From Nitrospinota bacterium (GTDB lineage: Bacteria; UBA8248), in NCBI GenBank assembly GCA_030754595.1, contig JASLZZ010000105.1, positions 1 through 22,854 on the forward strand: 22,854 bases of DNA, read 5' to 3'. Within the stretch, counting starts at the first letter, position 1; each line of letters opens with the position of its first letter. Both the position numbers and the translations under genes were made by a program. Below are positions 1-6,441 of this stretch, piece after piece. The notes under the pieces are model-generated. The model did no database searches. It saw nothing but the letters and a program-made list of their open reading frames with translations, and was not told where the DNA came from.

Positions 1-108
1 CATGTCCACATCCTCGAGATGAACGGGGAGAGCTACAGGCTCAAACAAAGCGAAAAACGGCACCGGAACAAGCAGAATGAGGCTCAGAAAACCACTGAAA
101 TGGAGTGA
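1..108 (+). CDS. istB: IS21-family helper ATPase IstB, C-terminal end (partial, begins upstream of window)
   Basis: Frame 1 translates to HVHILEMNGESYRLKQSEKRHRNKQNEAQKTTEME*. HVHILEMNG(D/E)SYRL is the characteristic IstB C-terminal motif. Not in the ORF track because there is no start codon in the window. Confidence 0.9.
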   Translation, partial: HVHILEMNGESYRLKQSEKRHRNKQNEAQKTTEME

Positions 109-121
109 AAAGAACCAGGAA

Positions 122-141
122 GGGGGCCCCTCGGGGCCCCC
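122..141 (+). other. GC-rich hairpin downstream of istB (possible terminator or pause)
   Basis: GGGGGCCCC-TC-GGGGCCCCC is a perfect inverted repeat. Only a weak U-tract follows. Confidence 0.45.
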
Positions 142-208
142 GTCTTCTCATACCAGGTGATACACTTTTATGCCGCCCTGCTGGTACGATTTTAGACTGC
201 CCTTTACA

Positions 209-429
209 CCTACAAGATCCACCACCGCATCCTCGCCGCGATCGGCATATCCCCCTTTAAACTTCACGGGCTTCGCTCAGTGGCTAGCTCGCTCTGGCGG
301 GCACGGAGAATGCCCGAGGATCTGATCGCTTATTACATGGGCCACGCCGACTACGCTACAACCGATAAACACTATGTCCGACTCATTCAGGAGCAGATGG
401 ATCTCGGACGCAGCCTAATTACTGGCTAA
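209..429 (+). pseudogene. C-terminal fragment of a tyrosine recombinase/integrase, interrupted by IS21
   Basis: From 211: YKIHHRILAAIGISPFKLHGLRSVASSLWRARRMPEDLIAYYMGHADYATTDKHYVRLIQEQMDLGRSLITG*. It carries H-x-L-R, MGH and the TT-x-x-Y-like catalytic Tyr (box II). An in-frame TAG at 193-195 lies inside the IS end. Confidence 0.88.
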
Positions 430-433
430 GCCT

Positions 434-453
434 GTGGTAGCGCAGTGGTAGCG
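434..453 (+). repeat. Tandem 9-bp direct repeat, probable integrase arm-type binding sites
   Basis: GTGGTAGCG at 434-442 and 445-453 (11-bp period), between the integrase stop and the att core. Confidence 0.55.
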
Positions 454-485
454 TGGGGTGCTGAGAAATAGGGGGGATAACCATA

Positions 486-498
486 CAAATATTTGATT
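486..498 (-). promoter_or_regulatory. IHF-binding consensus site in the att arm
   Basis: Minus strand AATCAAATATTTG matches WATCAANNNNTTR exactly and lies in an AT-rich patch between the arm repeats and the tRNA fragment. Confidence 0.55.
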
Positions 499-524
499 AG
501 TAATCATTTAGAAACTTTCACACC

Positions 525-563
525 TTGTAGAGGTCAGGGGTTCGAGCCCCCTCACCTCCACCA
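525..563 (+). other. att site: duplicated 3' half of a tRNA-Ala gene (not a complete tRNA)
   Basis: TTGTAG-AGGTC-AGGGG-TTCGAGC-CCCCT-CACCTCC-A-CCA gives the anticodon-stem 3' strand, variable loop, T-arm and acceptor 3' strand with U70/A73 (Ala identity) plus CCA. No matching 5' half (GGGGGTG...) lies at the expected distance upstream. Confidence 0.85.
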
Positions 564-573
564 ACAAACAACG

Positions 574-606
574 AACCCCCGATCCACCCCGGATCGGGGG
601 TTTTTT
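574..606 (+). terminator. Rho-independent terminator of the original tRNA locus
   Basis: AACCCCCGATCC-ACCCC-GGATCGGGGGTT stem followed by a T-run, 10 nt after the CCA. Confidence 0.85.
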
Positions 607-640
607 CATGGTTCATCCGCCACCGGCACCAGGGGCGCAC

Positions 641-678
641 AAAAAGAACGAGGCCCCCGCCCGGCGGCGGAGGCCTCG
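641..678 (-). terminator. Rho-independent terminator after the small ORF 700..906
   Basis: Minus strand CGAGGCCTCCGCC-GCCG-GGCGGGGGCCTCG-TTCTTTTT. Confidence 0.8.
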
Positions 679-699
679 CTGAATTTCAGTCCGAAGCTA

Positions 700-906
700 T
701 CAGGCCCACCTCGTTCCCTTGGAGGGAGCCGAGCCGCCCTCGCCGTCGCACATCGCTACTTCCAAGTCCGTCAGGAAGTCGGTGGCGGAGGACAGCGCCA
801 CGGCCACGGGCAGCAGATCCCCTTCCTCCAGATAGGATGTATCCACGGGGATGTGTTCACGGTTTCGTTCTTGACTCATAGCTCCATTTCTCTCTGGGCG
901 ACTCAT
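700..906 (-). CDS. Small acidic hypothetical protein (68 aa)
   Basis: ATG at 906 follows purine-rich AGAGGAAGGGAACC. The ORF ends in a TGA-TAG double stop and has its own terminator 21 nt downstream. The ORF-track extension to 1041 looks non-coding. Confidence 0.6.
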   Translation of the reverse strand: MSRPERNGAMSQERNREHIPVDTSYLEEGDLLPVAVALSSATDFLTDLEVAMCDGEGGSAPSKGTRWA

Positions 907-1377
907 GGTTCCCTTCCTCTTTGGGCGAAACAACTCAACAAAAAGCTCTGGCCGCCTGGTTCCGCAGGCAAGGGCGGGGCGACCTCCAACTGCTATGTAA
1001 TCTGCGCCAATCCGGGCAAAATTGCAACACTTCTTTTTCATGTTTTTTTTAAGAACCTGTTTTTATGAGTATAATCCGTATTGTATATTACATATCATAT
1101 ACTATCACTTGCACCCCAACGACCCGCAGTGCTGCCAGGCTCCATTCACAAAATAATATTTCACCACTCCGAACCTCGGGTTGGACCGCTATCGTTCAAA
1201 TTCATCATTATTTTCCCTCAGCTTTCCTTCGCCCGGACCGATAAAAAGCAATACAGGGGATTTCCGCAACCGCCGGAGATACCCGGCCAGCTGTACGGCG
1301 ACCAGGCACTGGGTATCCAGGGGGAAACCGGGAGGCCGCCGGCGATATTTTCCGCCAAATCCGATAAAAGAAACAAA

Positions 1378-2484
1378 ATGAAACAATCAAAACGCATACT
1401 CATCGTGGACGATGACCTCAACACCCGGGTGCTGCTCACCTCTCTGGTCGAGTCCCTGGGACATGATTCCGAGGAAGCGCGCGACGGCTTCGAGGCCCTC
1501 GCCATGGTAAAGCTCGGGTTCGATCTCGTTCTTCTGGATATCTCGATGCCCGGCATCGACGGTCTTGAAGTCCTCCGCCAGATTCGCGGGGACGAGAGCA
1601 CCGAAGACCTTCCCGTCGTCATGGTCTCGGGTATCGCCGACAAAGAGAATCGCCTTCGCGCCTTCAACGCCGGGGCCAGCGATTTCCTCACAAAACCCGT
1701 CGATCTCTCCGAGCTTGCAGTTCGTTCGGCCTATCTTTTGAAAATGAAAGAGACGCAGGACACGATCAACCGCAACCGCCTCGAGCTTGAGGACATGCTC
1801 GAGAAGCGGACGGCGGTCCTCAGAAAAGCGCTCGAGGAGCTCGCCATCGCCAAGCGAATCGCGCACAACGCTCACCTCGAGACCATCCAGCGCCTGGGCA
1901 TCGCCGCCGAATTCAAGGACAAGGACACTGCCGCGCACATCAAGCGCCTGGGCAGTTACTGCGCTCTCCTGGGCCGGGGGCTCGACCTGACTTCGAACGA
2001 AATCGACCTCCTCTTCCACGCCACCCCCATGCACGACGTCGGCAAGCTCGGAATCCCCAACAGCAAGCTGCTCAAGCCGGGCAAGCTCGACGAGGACGAA
2101 TGGCGGGTCATGAAACAACACACCGTCATCGGCGCGCGAATTCTGAGCGACTCGGAGTCGGACCTGCTCAAGGCGGGCGAGGTCATCGCGATGTCGCACC
2201 ACGAGCGCTGGGACGGGGCCAGATACCCCAACGGCCTCGCCGAGGGGGAAATTCCCGTCTGGGGCCGGATTTGCGCCGTCGCCGATGTTTTCGACGCCCT
2301 GACGAGCCGGCGCCCCTATAAGGAAGCCTTCACGAACGAAACCGCCTACGAGATGATCCGACCGGGGCGAGGGAAGCATTTTGACCCGAAGATCGTGGAC
2401 GTATTCTTCGACAAGCGCACCGAGGTCGAGGAAATCCAGGAGAGCTTCAGGCACGAGCCCATCCTGAAGTCGCTTGCGAGCTAA
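1378..2484 (+). CDS. Response regulator with REC + HD-GYP domain (RpfG-like c-di-GMP phosphodiesterase)
   Basis: REC motifs ILIVDDD, LLDISMP and TKP. HD-GYP motifs MHDVGK, HHERWDGARYP and AVADVFDALTSRRPYK. Start trimmed to MKQSKR. Confidence 0.93.
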   Translation: MKQSKRILIVDDDLNTRVLLTSLVESLGHDSEEARDGFEALAMVKLGFDLVLLDISMPGIDGLEVLRQIRGDESTEDLPVVMVSGIADKENRLRAFNAGASDFLTKPVDLSELAVRSAYLLKMKETQDTINRNRLELEDMLEKRTAVLRKALEELAIAKRIAHNAHLETIQRLGIAAEFKDKDTAAHIKRLGSYCALLGRGLDLTSNEIDLLFHATPMHDVGKLGIPNSKLLKPGKLDEDEWRVMKQHTVIGARILSDSESDLLKAGEVIAMSHHERWDGARYPNGLAEGEIPVWGRICAVADVFDALTSRRPYKEAFTNETAYEMIRPGRGKHFDPKIVDVFFDKRTEVEEIQESFRHEPILKSLAS

Positions 2485-2526
2485 AACCGCCTAGATTCCG
2501 GCCCTCCGACCGGCCCCGCTCTGAAA

Positions 2527-2880
2527 TCAGAGGCCAACGGTGATTGTGGCGCGGACGGGTATCATGCAGACAAACTCCATCGTCTCCCCGGAGTCGTTAT
2601 AAAATGTATGTTTTTCGTTGGGCCCGATGAATATCGCGGCTCCGGGCGAGAATTCCCGGGTCTCCCCCTCGGCGATGACGCGGCCGCTGCCCTTGAGGAT
2701 GAAAACCTGATGCTCCCAGGGATGGGAATGATGGGGCGTCTGGCCGCCGGGCTCGATTTCAACAACGCGCATGGACATATCCGTCATTCCGTCCCGATCG
2801 CTGAGAAGCCACCTGATTCCCGCGCCCCGCGCCGTTTCCTCGGTTTTCAGCTCGACATCCTTATAGTCCTTGATCTTCAT
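2527..2880 (-). CDS. Cupin domain protein
   Basis: PGGQTPHHSHPWEHQVFILKGSG and GPNEKHTFYN are cupin motifs 1 and 2. GGAGA RBS. Confidence 0.9.
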   Translation of the reverse strand: MKIKDYKDVELKTEETARGAGIRWLLSDRDGMTDMSMRVVEIEPGGQTPHHSHPWEHQVFILKGSGRVIAEGETREFSPGAAIFIGPNEKHTFYNDSGETMEFVCMIPVRATITVGL

Positions 2881-2944
2881 CGGTTCATCTCCAAGCCAAA
2901 CCCTGACCGCTATCCGTCATAAAAAAGTCCGTTCCCCCCCCCCG

Positions 2945-3607
2945 CTACATATCCTCTTCCTGGAAGGCGATGCGCTTTCCGGGGGGCTCGACCAAGAGGT
3001 GGAGCGGCTCGGTGATCCGCGCAGAGAGGTTCCACATGCCGCAGAGAAAGGTCAACTCCACGATCTGGCGGTCGTTGAAGTGCTTCCTCATCTCCCTAAA
3101 GGCGGCGTCGTTCTCCTTGGCCCGTTGGTTCGTCACTTCGTCGGCCCAGCAGATGACCGCCTTTTCCTCGTCCGAGAAGAGCTCGCTATCCTTCCAGGCA
3201 TCCCCGCTCAGGAGGTTCATCTGAGCCTCCGTGATGCCTTGGGCTCGACCGAGCCCGATGTTGTGCCCCGCTCAGTAGTCGGATTGGGCGACGAGCGCCG
3301 TCTTGACGATGACAAGCTGAATGAGCTTGACGTAGCCGGGCTCGGTCTTGAGCCGATCTATCCGCAACTTCTGATCGAGCAGCATCCACGCCTCGACGGC
3401 CACCGGCGCATGGGCGAGCATCTGCAGGAACCGCGGCACCGACCCCCATATCCTCCGGGACCAGTCGTAGAGAGGCTCCACCTCCTCGCGGATGCCCTCC
3501 GGAAGGTTGTCCGGGGCATTGAGGGGCAACCGCGGCTCAGGGTACGCTATCTTCTCTTCGGTGATTCCCATCCCCTCGGTCAGACCCGACTCTTTATCGA
3601 TCGGCAT
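2945..3607 (-). CDS. Carboxymuconolactone decarboxylase/AhpD-family protein, probable selenoprotein (Sec at codon 112, 220 aa)
   Basis: ORFs 3272..3613 and 2945..3220 are in the same frame, separated only by TGA (3274..3272). Read-through gives ...LVIVKTALVAQSDY-U-AGHNIGLGRAQGITEAQMNLLSGDAWKDSELFSDEEKAVICWADEVT..., a continuous CMD domain. GGAGG RBS before ATG 3607. Confidence 0.85.
3241..3256 (-). promoter_or_regulatory. Putative bacterial SECIS hairpin
   Basis: Minus strand GGGCTC-GGTC-GAGCCC. The apical loop begins with G, 21 nt 3' of the UGA. Confidence 0.7.
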
Positions 3608-3651
3608 TCTCACTCCTCCCCTTTCCCGCTCAGGCGGGTATCAATTCTCCA

Positions 3652-5916
3652 TCAAGCGGAGACCGCGGCGCCGTTTTCCGCCATCGCGGCGCGCACATGG
3701 TGCGGCCCGACGGGAATAGAAAAGAGCGGGGCCCCCACCGCGTCGTTAATCGCGTTCACGACCGCGGCCGCCGTCGCCACGATGGGCGGCTCGCCCACGC
3801 CGCGCATGCCCAGGGGCGTTCCCTCCGCCGGGTTGTCAATCATGACCACCCTGATCTCGGGCATGTCCAGGCTCGTCGGCACGAGATACTCGTGCAGCGA
3901 GTCGCCCTGAATGCTTCCGTTCTCCGCGCTCGGAAGCTCCTCCATCAGGGCGAGGCCCAGCCCCTGAATCATGGCCCCTTCAATCTGGCCGGCCACCGAG
4001 GTGGGATTGATCGCGAAACCCACGTCCTGCGCACATAAGAGCCTGAGCACCCGCACCTCGCCGAGGTCCGGGTGCACCGCCACCTCGGCAACCTGCGCCG
4101 TATGAATCGGGCAGGGAGGCGGCTTGGCCGTCTCGCCCGATCCGATGACAAAACCCTGCAAGCCGGGCGCAGCGGCGGCCACCTGGGCCAGGGTGAGAAA
4201 CCGCTCGGGGGCCGAGGCGACGCTGACCTTGCCCTCCTCGAGCACGAGGTCGGCCGGATCGGCCTCGAGCCTGGAGCTCGCCACTGAGAAGATTTTTTCC
4301 CGGAAATCCTCGGCCGCCGACAGGATGGCCTGGGCCACCGAGCGGGTCGCCTTGCTTCCCGAGGCCGCGGTGGATTGGGGAGCGGAGTCGGTGTCGCCCG
4401 TCGAGTAACGGACCTCATCGAATTCGATGCCGAACTCATCGGCGGTCAACTGGCAAAGCGCCGTGCTCATTCCGGTCAGATTTACCGTGCCCGCCACGAT
4501 TTGAATCGACCCGTCGTCGTTGAGCCGAAGCGAACAGCTAGCCGACTCGCCGGGGCCGGGCCAATAGCCACAGGCGATCCCCCGGCCGAGCTTCCACCCA
4601 TCGGCCTCGAGCGCTTCGCCCGAGGAAATCTCCCCTCCCCAGCCGCTCTCCTCGGCCACGCGGTTCAGAACCGACAGCATCGAAGGATTCTCCTCCGGGG
4701 GAGCCAGTGACCGGTCGCCCGGCCTGAGGCCGTTTTGCCTCCTGAACTCGAGGGGGCCAAATCCCATCTCGCGCGCGATGATGTCCATCTGGACCTCGGT
4801 CGCGAAGTGGTACTGCGGGCCGCTCGGAGCGCGCACCGGCCCCGACATCGGCGCGTTCGTATAGACCGTGCAGGCGCGGACCCGGACGTTGGGAATCCGG
4901 TAGTTGCACGAGGCCATTATCATTTTGCTCTGGCACTGGAACGGGGCGCCCCGCCCGTAGGCCCCGTGATCCATCGTAACGTCGATCTCGCGGGCGACGA
5001 TTTCGCCGCCGTTTTTCACCCCGGTCCGGATGGTGATGAAATGGGGATGGCGGGGGCTCGAAGCGTTGTGATCCTCCTCGCGCGTCATCTCGATGCGAAC
5101 CGACTCGCCGCAGCGCAGCGAAAGGAGGGCGGCGATGTGTTCGATCAGGGACTGGAGCTTAGCGCCGAAACCACCGCCGATCTCGGTGGGGATGACGCGG
5201 ATTTTGTTGTCGGGGTAGCCCAGGGCATCGGCTATCCCGGTGCGAATCGACCAGGCGTCCTGTGTGGATGTCCAGACCGTCACCTTCCCGTCGGCGCCCG
5301 CCTCGGCGGTGCAGGCGTGGGGCTCGATATAGGCAGCGTGGGTGCGCGGGGTGGCGAAGGTGTGCTCGAAAATCCGGTCCGCCTCAGCGAATCCGGAATC
5401 CGCATCCCCCATTTTGGTCTCGAAGCGGGCGATGACGTTTCCCTTCCCGCCGGGGCCGAGGGTGAGTTCGCTCCAATCCTCGTGCACGAGCGGCGCTTTG
5501 CCGTCGCGGCTGTCGAAAGCGCTCACGACAGGCTCGAGAACCTCGTATTTCACCCGGATCGCCTCGACGGCTGCCCGGGCGGCGTCGTAGCTCTCGGCCG
5601 CCACGGCCGCGACCGGCTCGCCCACGAAGCGGACTAAACCGTCGGCGGCGAACCAGGTCTGGTCCTTGATGCCTCCCCCGAAGCGGTGCTTGGGGCCGTT
5701 TACGCGGGTGAGGACCACCCGGACGCCGGGAATTTTTTCGGCAGCCCGGCTATCCACCGAGAGGACTTTTGCATGGGGGTGAGGGCTCCTGAGAACGAGC
5801 CCGATGAGCCCGCGCGCGGGCGGCGGTACATCGGCCGCGAACCGCGCGGTTCCCGCCGCCTTGTCGGGAGCGTCGATGCGGGACAAATCCTTTCCGGCAA
5901 CCTTCAGATCAGACAT
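3652..5916 (-). CDS. Xanthine dehydrogenase family molybdopterin-binding (large) subunit
   Basis: LRSPHPHAKV, VRFVGEPVAAVAA, HAAYIEPH, IGGGFGAK, GQIEGAMIQGLG and GVGEPP (catalytic Glu). GGAGG RBS before MSDLKV. Confidence 0.93.
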   Translation of the reverse strand: MSDLKVAGKDLSRIDAPDKAAGTARFAADVPPPARGLIGLVLRSPHPHAKVLSVDSRAAEKIPGVRVVLTRVNGPKHRFGGGIKDQTWFAADGLVRFVGEPVAAVAAESYDAARAAVEAIRVKYEVLEPVVSAFDSRDGKAPLVHEDWSELTLGPGGKGNVIARFETKMGDADSGFAEADRIFEHTFATPRTHAAYIEPHACTAEAGADGKVTVWTSTQDAWSIRTGIADALGYPDNKIRVIPTEIGGGFGAKLQSLIEHIAALLSLRCGESVRIEMTREEDHNASSPRHPHFITIRTGVKNGGEIVAREIDVTMDHGAYGRGAPFQCQSKMIMASCNYRIPNVRVRACTVYTNAPMSGPVRAPSGPQYHFATEVQMDIIAREMGFGPLEFRRQNGLRPGDRSLAPPEENPSMLSVLNRVAEESGWGGEISSGEALEADGWKLGRGIACGYWPGPGESASCSLRLNDDGSIQIVAGTVNLTGMSTALCQLTADEFGIEFDEVRYSTGDTDSAPQSTAASGSKATRSVAQAILSAAEDFREKIFSVASSRLEADPADLVLEEGKVSVASAPERFLTLAQVAAAAPGLQGFVIGSGETAKPPPCPIHTAQVAEVAVHPDLGEVRVLRLLCAQDVGFAINPTSVAGQIEGAMIQGLGLALMEELPSAENGSIQGDSLHEYLVPTSLDMPEIRVVMIDNPAEGTPLGMRGVGEPPIVATAAAVVNAINDAVGAPLFSIPVGPHHVRAAMAENGAAVSA

Positions 5917-5947
5917 TCTTTCCTCCGTCAACGCCAATAATGCTTCG

Positions 5948-6352
5948 TTAATCCGGAACCCCCGCCGGCCGCTGACCATGGGTGGCCCGGATTTTCGTCT
6001 TGATGTTGCCCCTTACGTTGAAATCGCCCTCGATCCAGGCCCACTTGGGGGCGCAGCAAGCCACCAGGTCGTCGAGTATCCGGTTGACGGCCTGCTCGTG
6101 AAAGACCTCCTGGTCGCGAAAGCGGTTGATATAGAGCTTGAGCGATTTGAGCTCGACGATCCTCTCGCCGGGCACATAACAGATTCGAATCGTCGCGAAA
6201 TCCGGGAAATTGCTGATCGGGCACAGGCAAGTGAACTCGGGAATCGAAAAATCGACGATATAGTCCCGCTGGGGCGAGGGGTTGGGCACCGCCTCCAACT
6301 TCGCCTCGGCGATCATTTTCGCGCCGTATTTTTTTTCCTGCCCGTCCGCCAT
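5948..6352 (-). CDS. queF: NADPH-dependent 7-cyano-7-deazaguanine (preQ0) reductase, short type I
   Basis: PEFTCLCP (catalytic Cys), PDFA, QueF motif [12 protein letters not shown] and RGNI. Confidence 0.95.
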   Translation of the reverse strand: MADGQEKKYGAKMIAEAKLEAVPNPSPQRDYIVDFSIPEFTCLCPISNFPDFATIRICYVPGERIVELKSLKLYINRFRDQEVFHEQAVNRILDDLVACCAPKWAWIEGDFNVRGNIKTKIRATHGQRPAGVPD

Positions 6353-6371
6353 ACCGCCGTTTCCAATCCAC

Positions 6372-6441
6372 CCTAGACGCCGGGCGCGTTCGTCCTAAGC
6401 ATCGTGTGCGTTCGCCCTAATGCGGGGCTCGCCCGCCCTAG
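6372..6441 (-). repeat. Four degenerate ~22-bp tandem repeats upstream of queF
   Basis: Minus strand CTAGGGCGGGCGAGCCCCGCA / TTAGGGCGAACGCACACGATGC / TTAGGACGAACGCGCCCGGCGT / CTAGGG. Confidence 0.6.

Larger units (their letters stand above)
1..208 (+). mobile_element. Right end of an IS21-family insertion sequence
   Basis: istB end is followed by two imperfect 21-bp direct repeats (TGATACACTTTTATGCCGCCC 158-178; TGGTACGATTTTAGACTGCCC 182-202; 15/21 identical, 24-bp period). The element ends in ...TTTACA at 208 (IS21 ends are TG...CA with repeated transposase sites). Integrase-like coding sequence starts right after 208. Confidence 0.85.

Noticed and set aside
431..563. Complete or intron-split tRNA: TAGCGCAGTGGTAGCG looks like a D-arm and CTGAGAA like an anticodon loop
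   Set aside because: The putative 5' acceptor strand CCTGTGG cannot pair with CACCTCC. A GAG (Leu) anticodon conflicts with the Ala-type acceptor end. The sequence is better explained as tandem arm-type repeats.
525..563. tmRNA 3' end
   Set aside because: It shares the CTCCACCA end, but the AGGTC variable loop before the T-stem is tRNA-type rather than the tmRNA GAC context.
493..1068. 191-aa plus-strand ORF
   Set aside because: It runs through the tRNA fragment and two terminators, lies antisense to the better-supported small ORF, and has no recognisable domain.
1081..1377. 99-aa N-terminal extension of the HD-GYP regulator
   Set aside because: TTG start in AT-rich DNA with no domain features. 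The REC domain begins right after ATG 1378.
2945..3613. Pseudogene or two separate small genes for the CMD locus
   Set aside because: The stop is UGA at the catalytic Cys column, is followed by a SECIS-like hairpin, and there is no other lesion. Sec decoding is more parsimonious, though unproven.
2870..3910. 346-aa plus-strand ORF and other long antisense ORFs (1387..2454, 6420..7601, 9023..10330, 13808..15838)
   Set aside because: These are shadow frames of real genes in high-GC DNA and carry no motifs.
3652..5916. Aerobic CO dehydrogenase CoxL
   Set aside because: It lacks the AYxCSFR or AYxGAGR loop and there are no coxM/coxS neighbours.
6353..6437. preQ1 riboswitch or mini-CRISPR upstream of queF
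   Set aside because: No preQ1 stem with an A-rich tail is present. The repeats are too short and degenerate, have no real spacers, and no cas genes are nearby.
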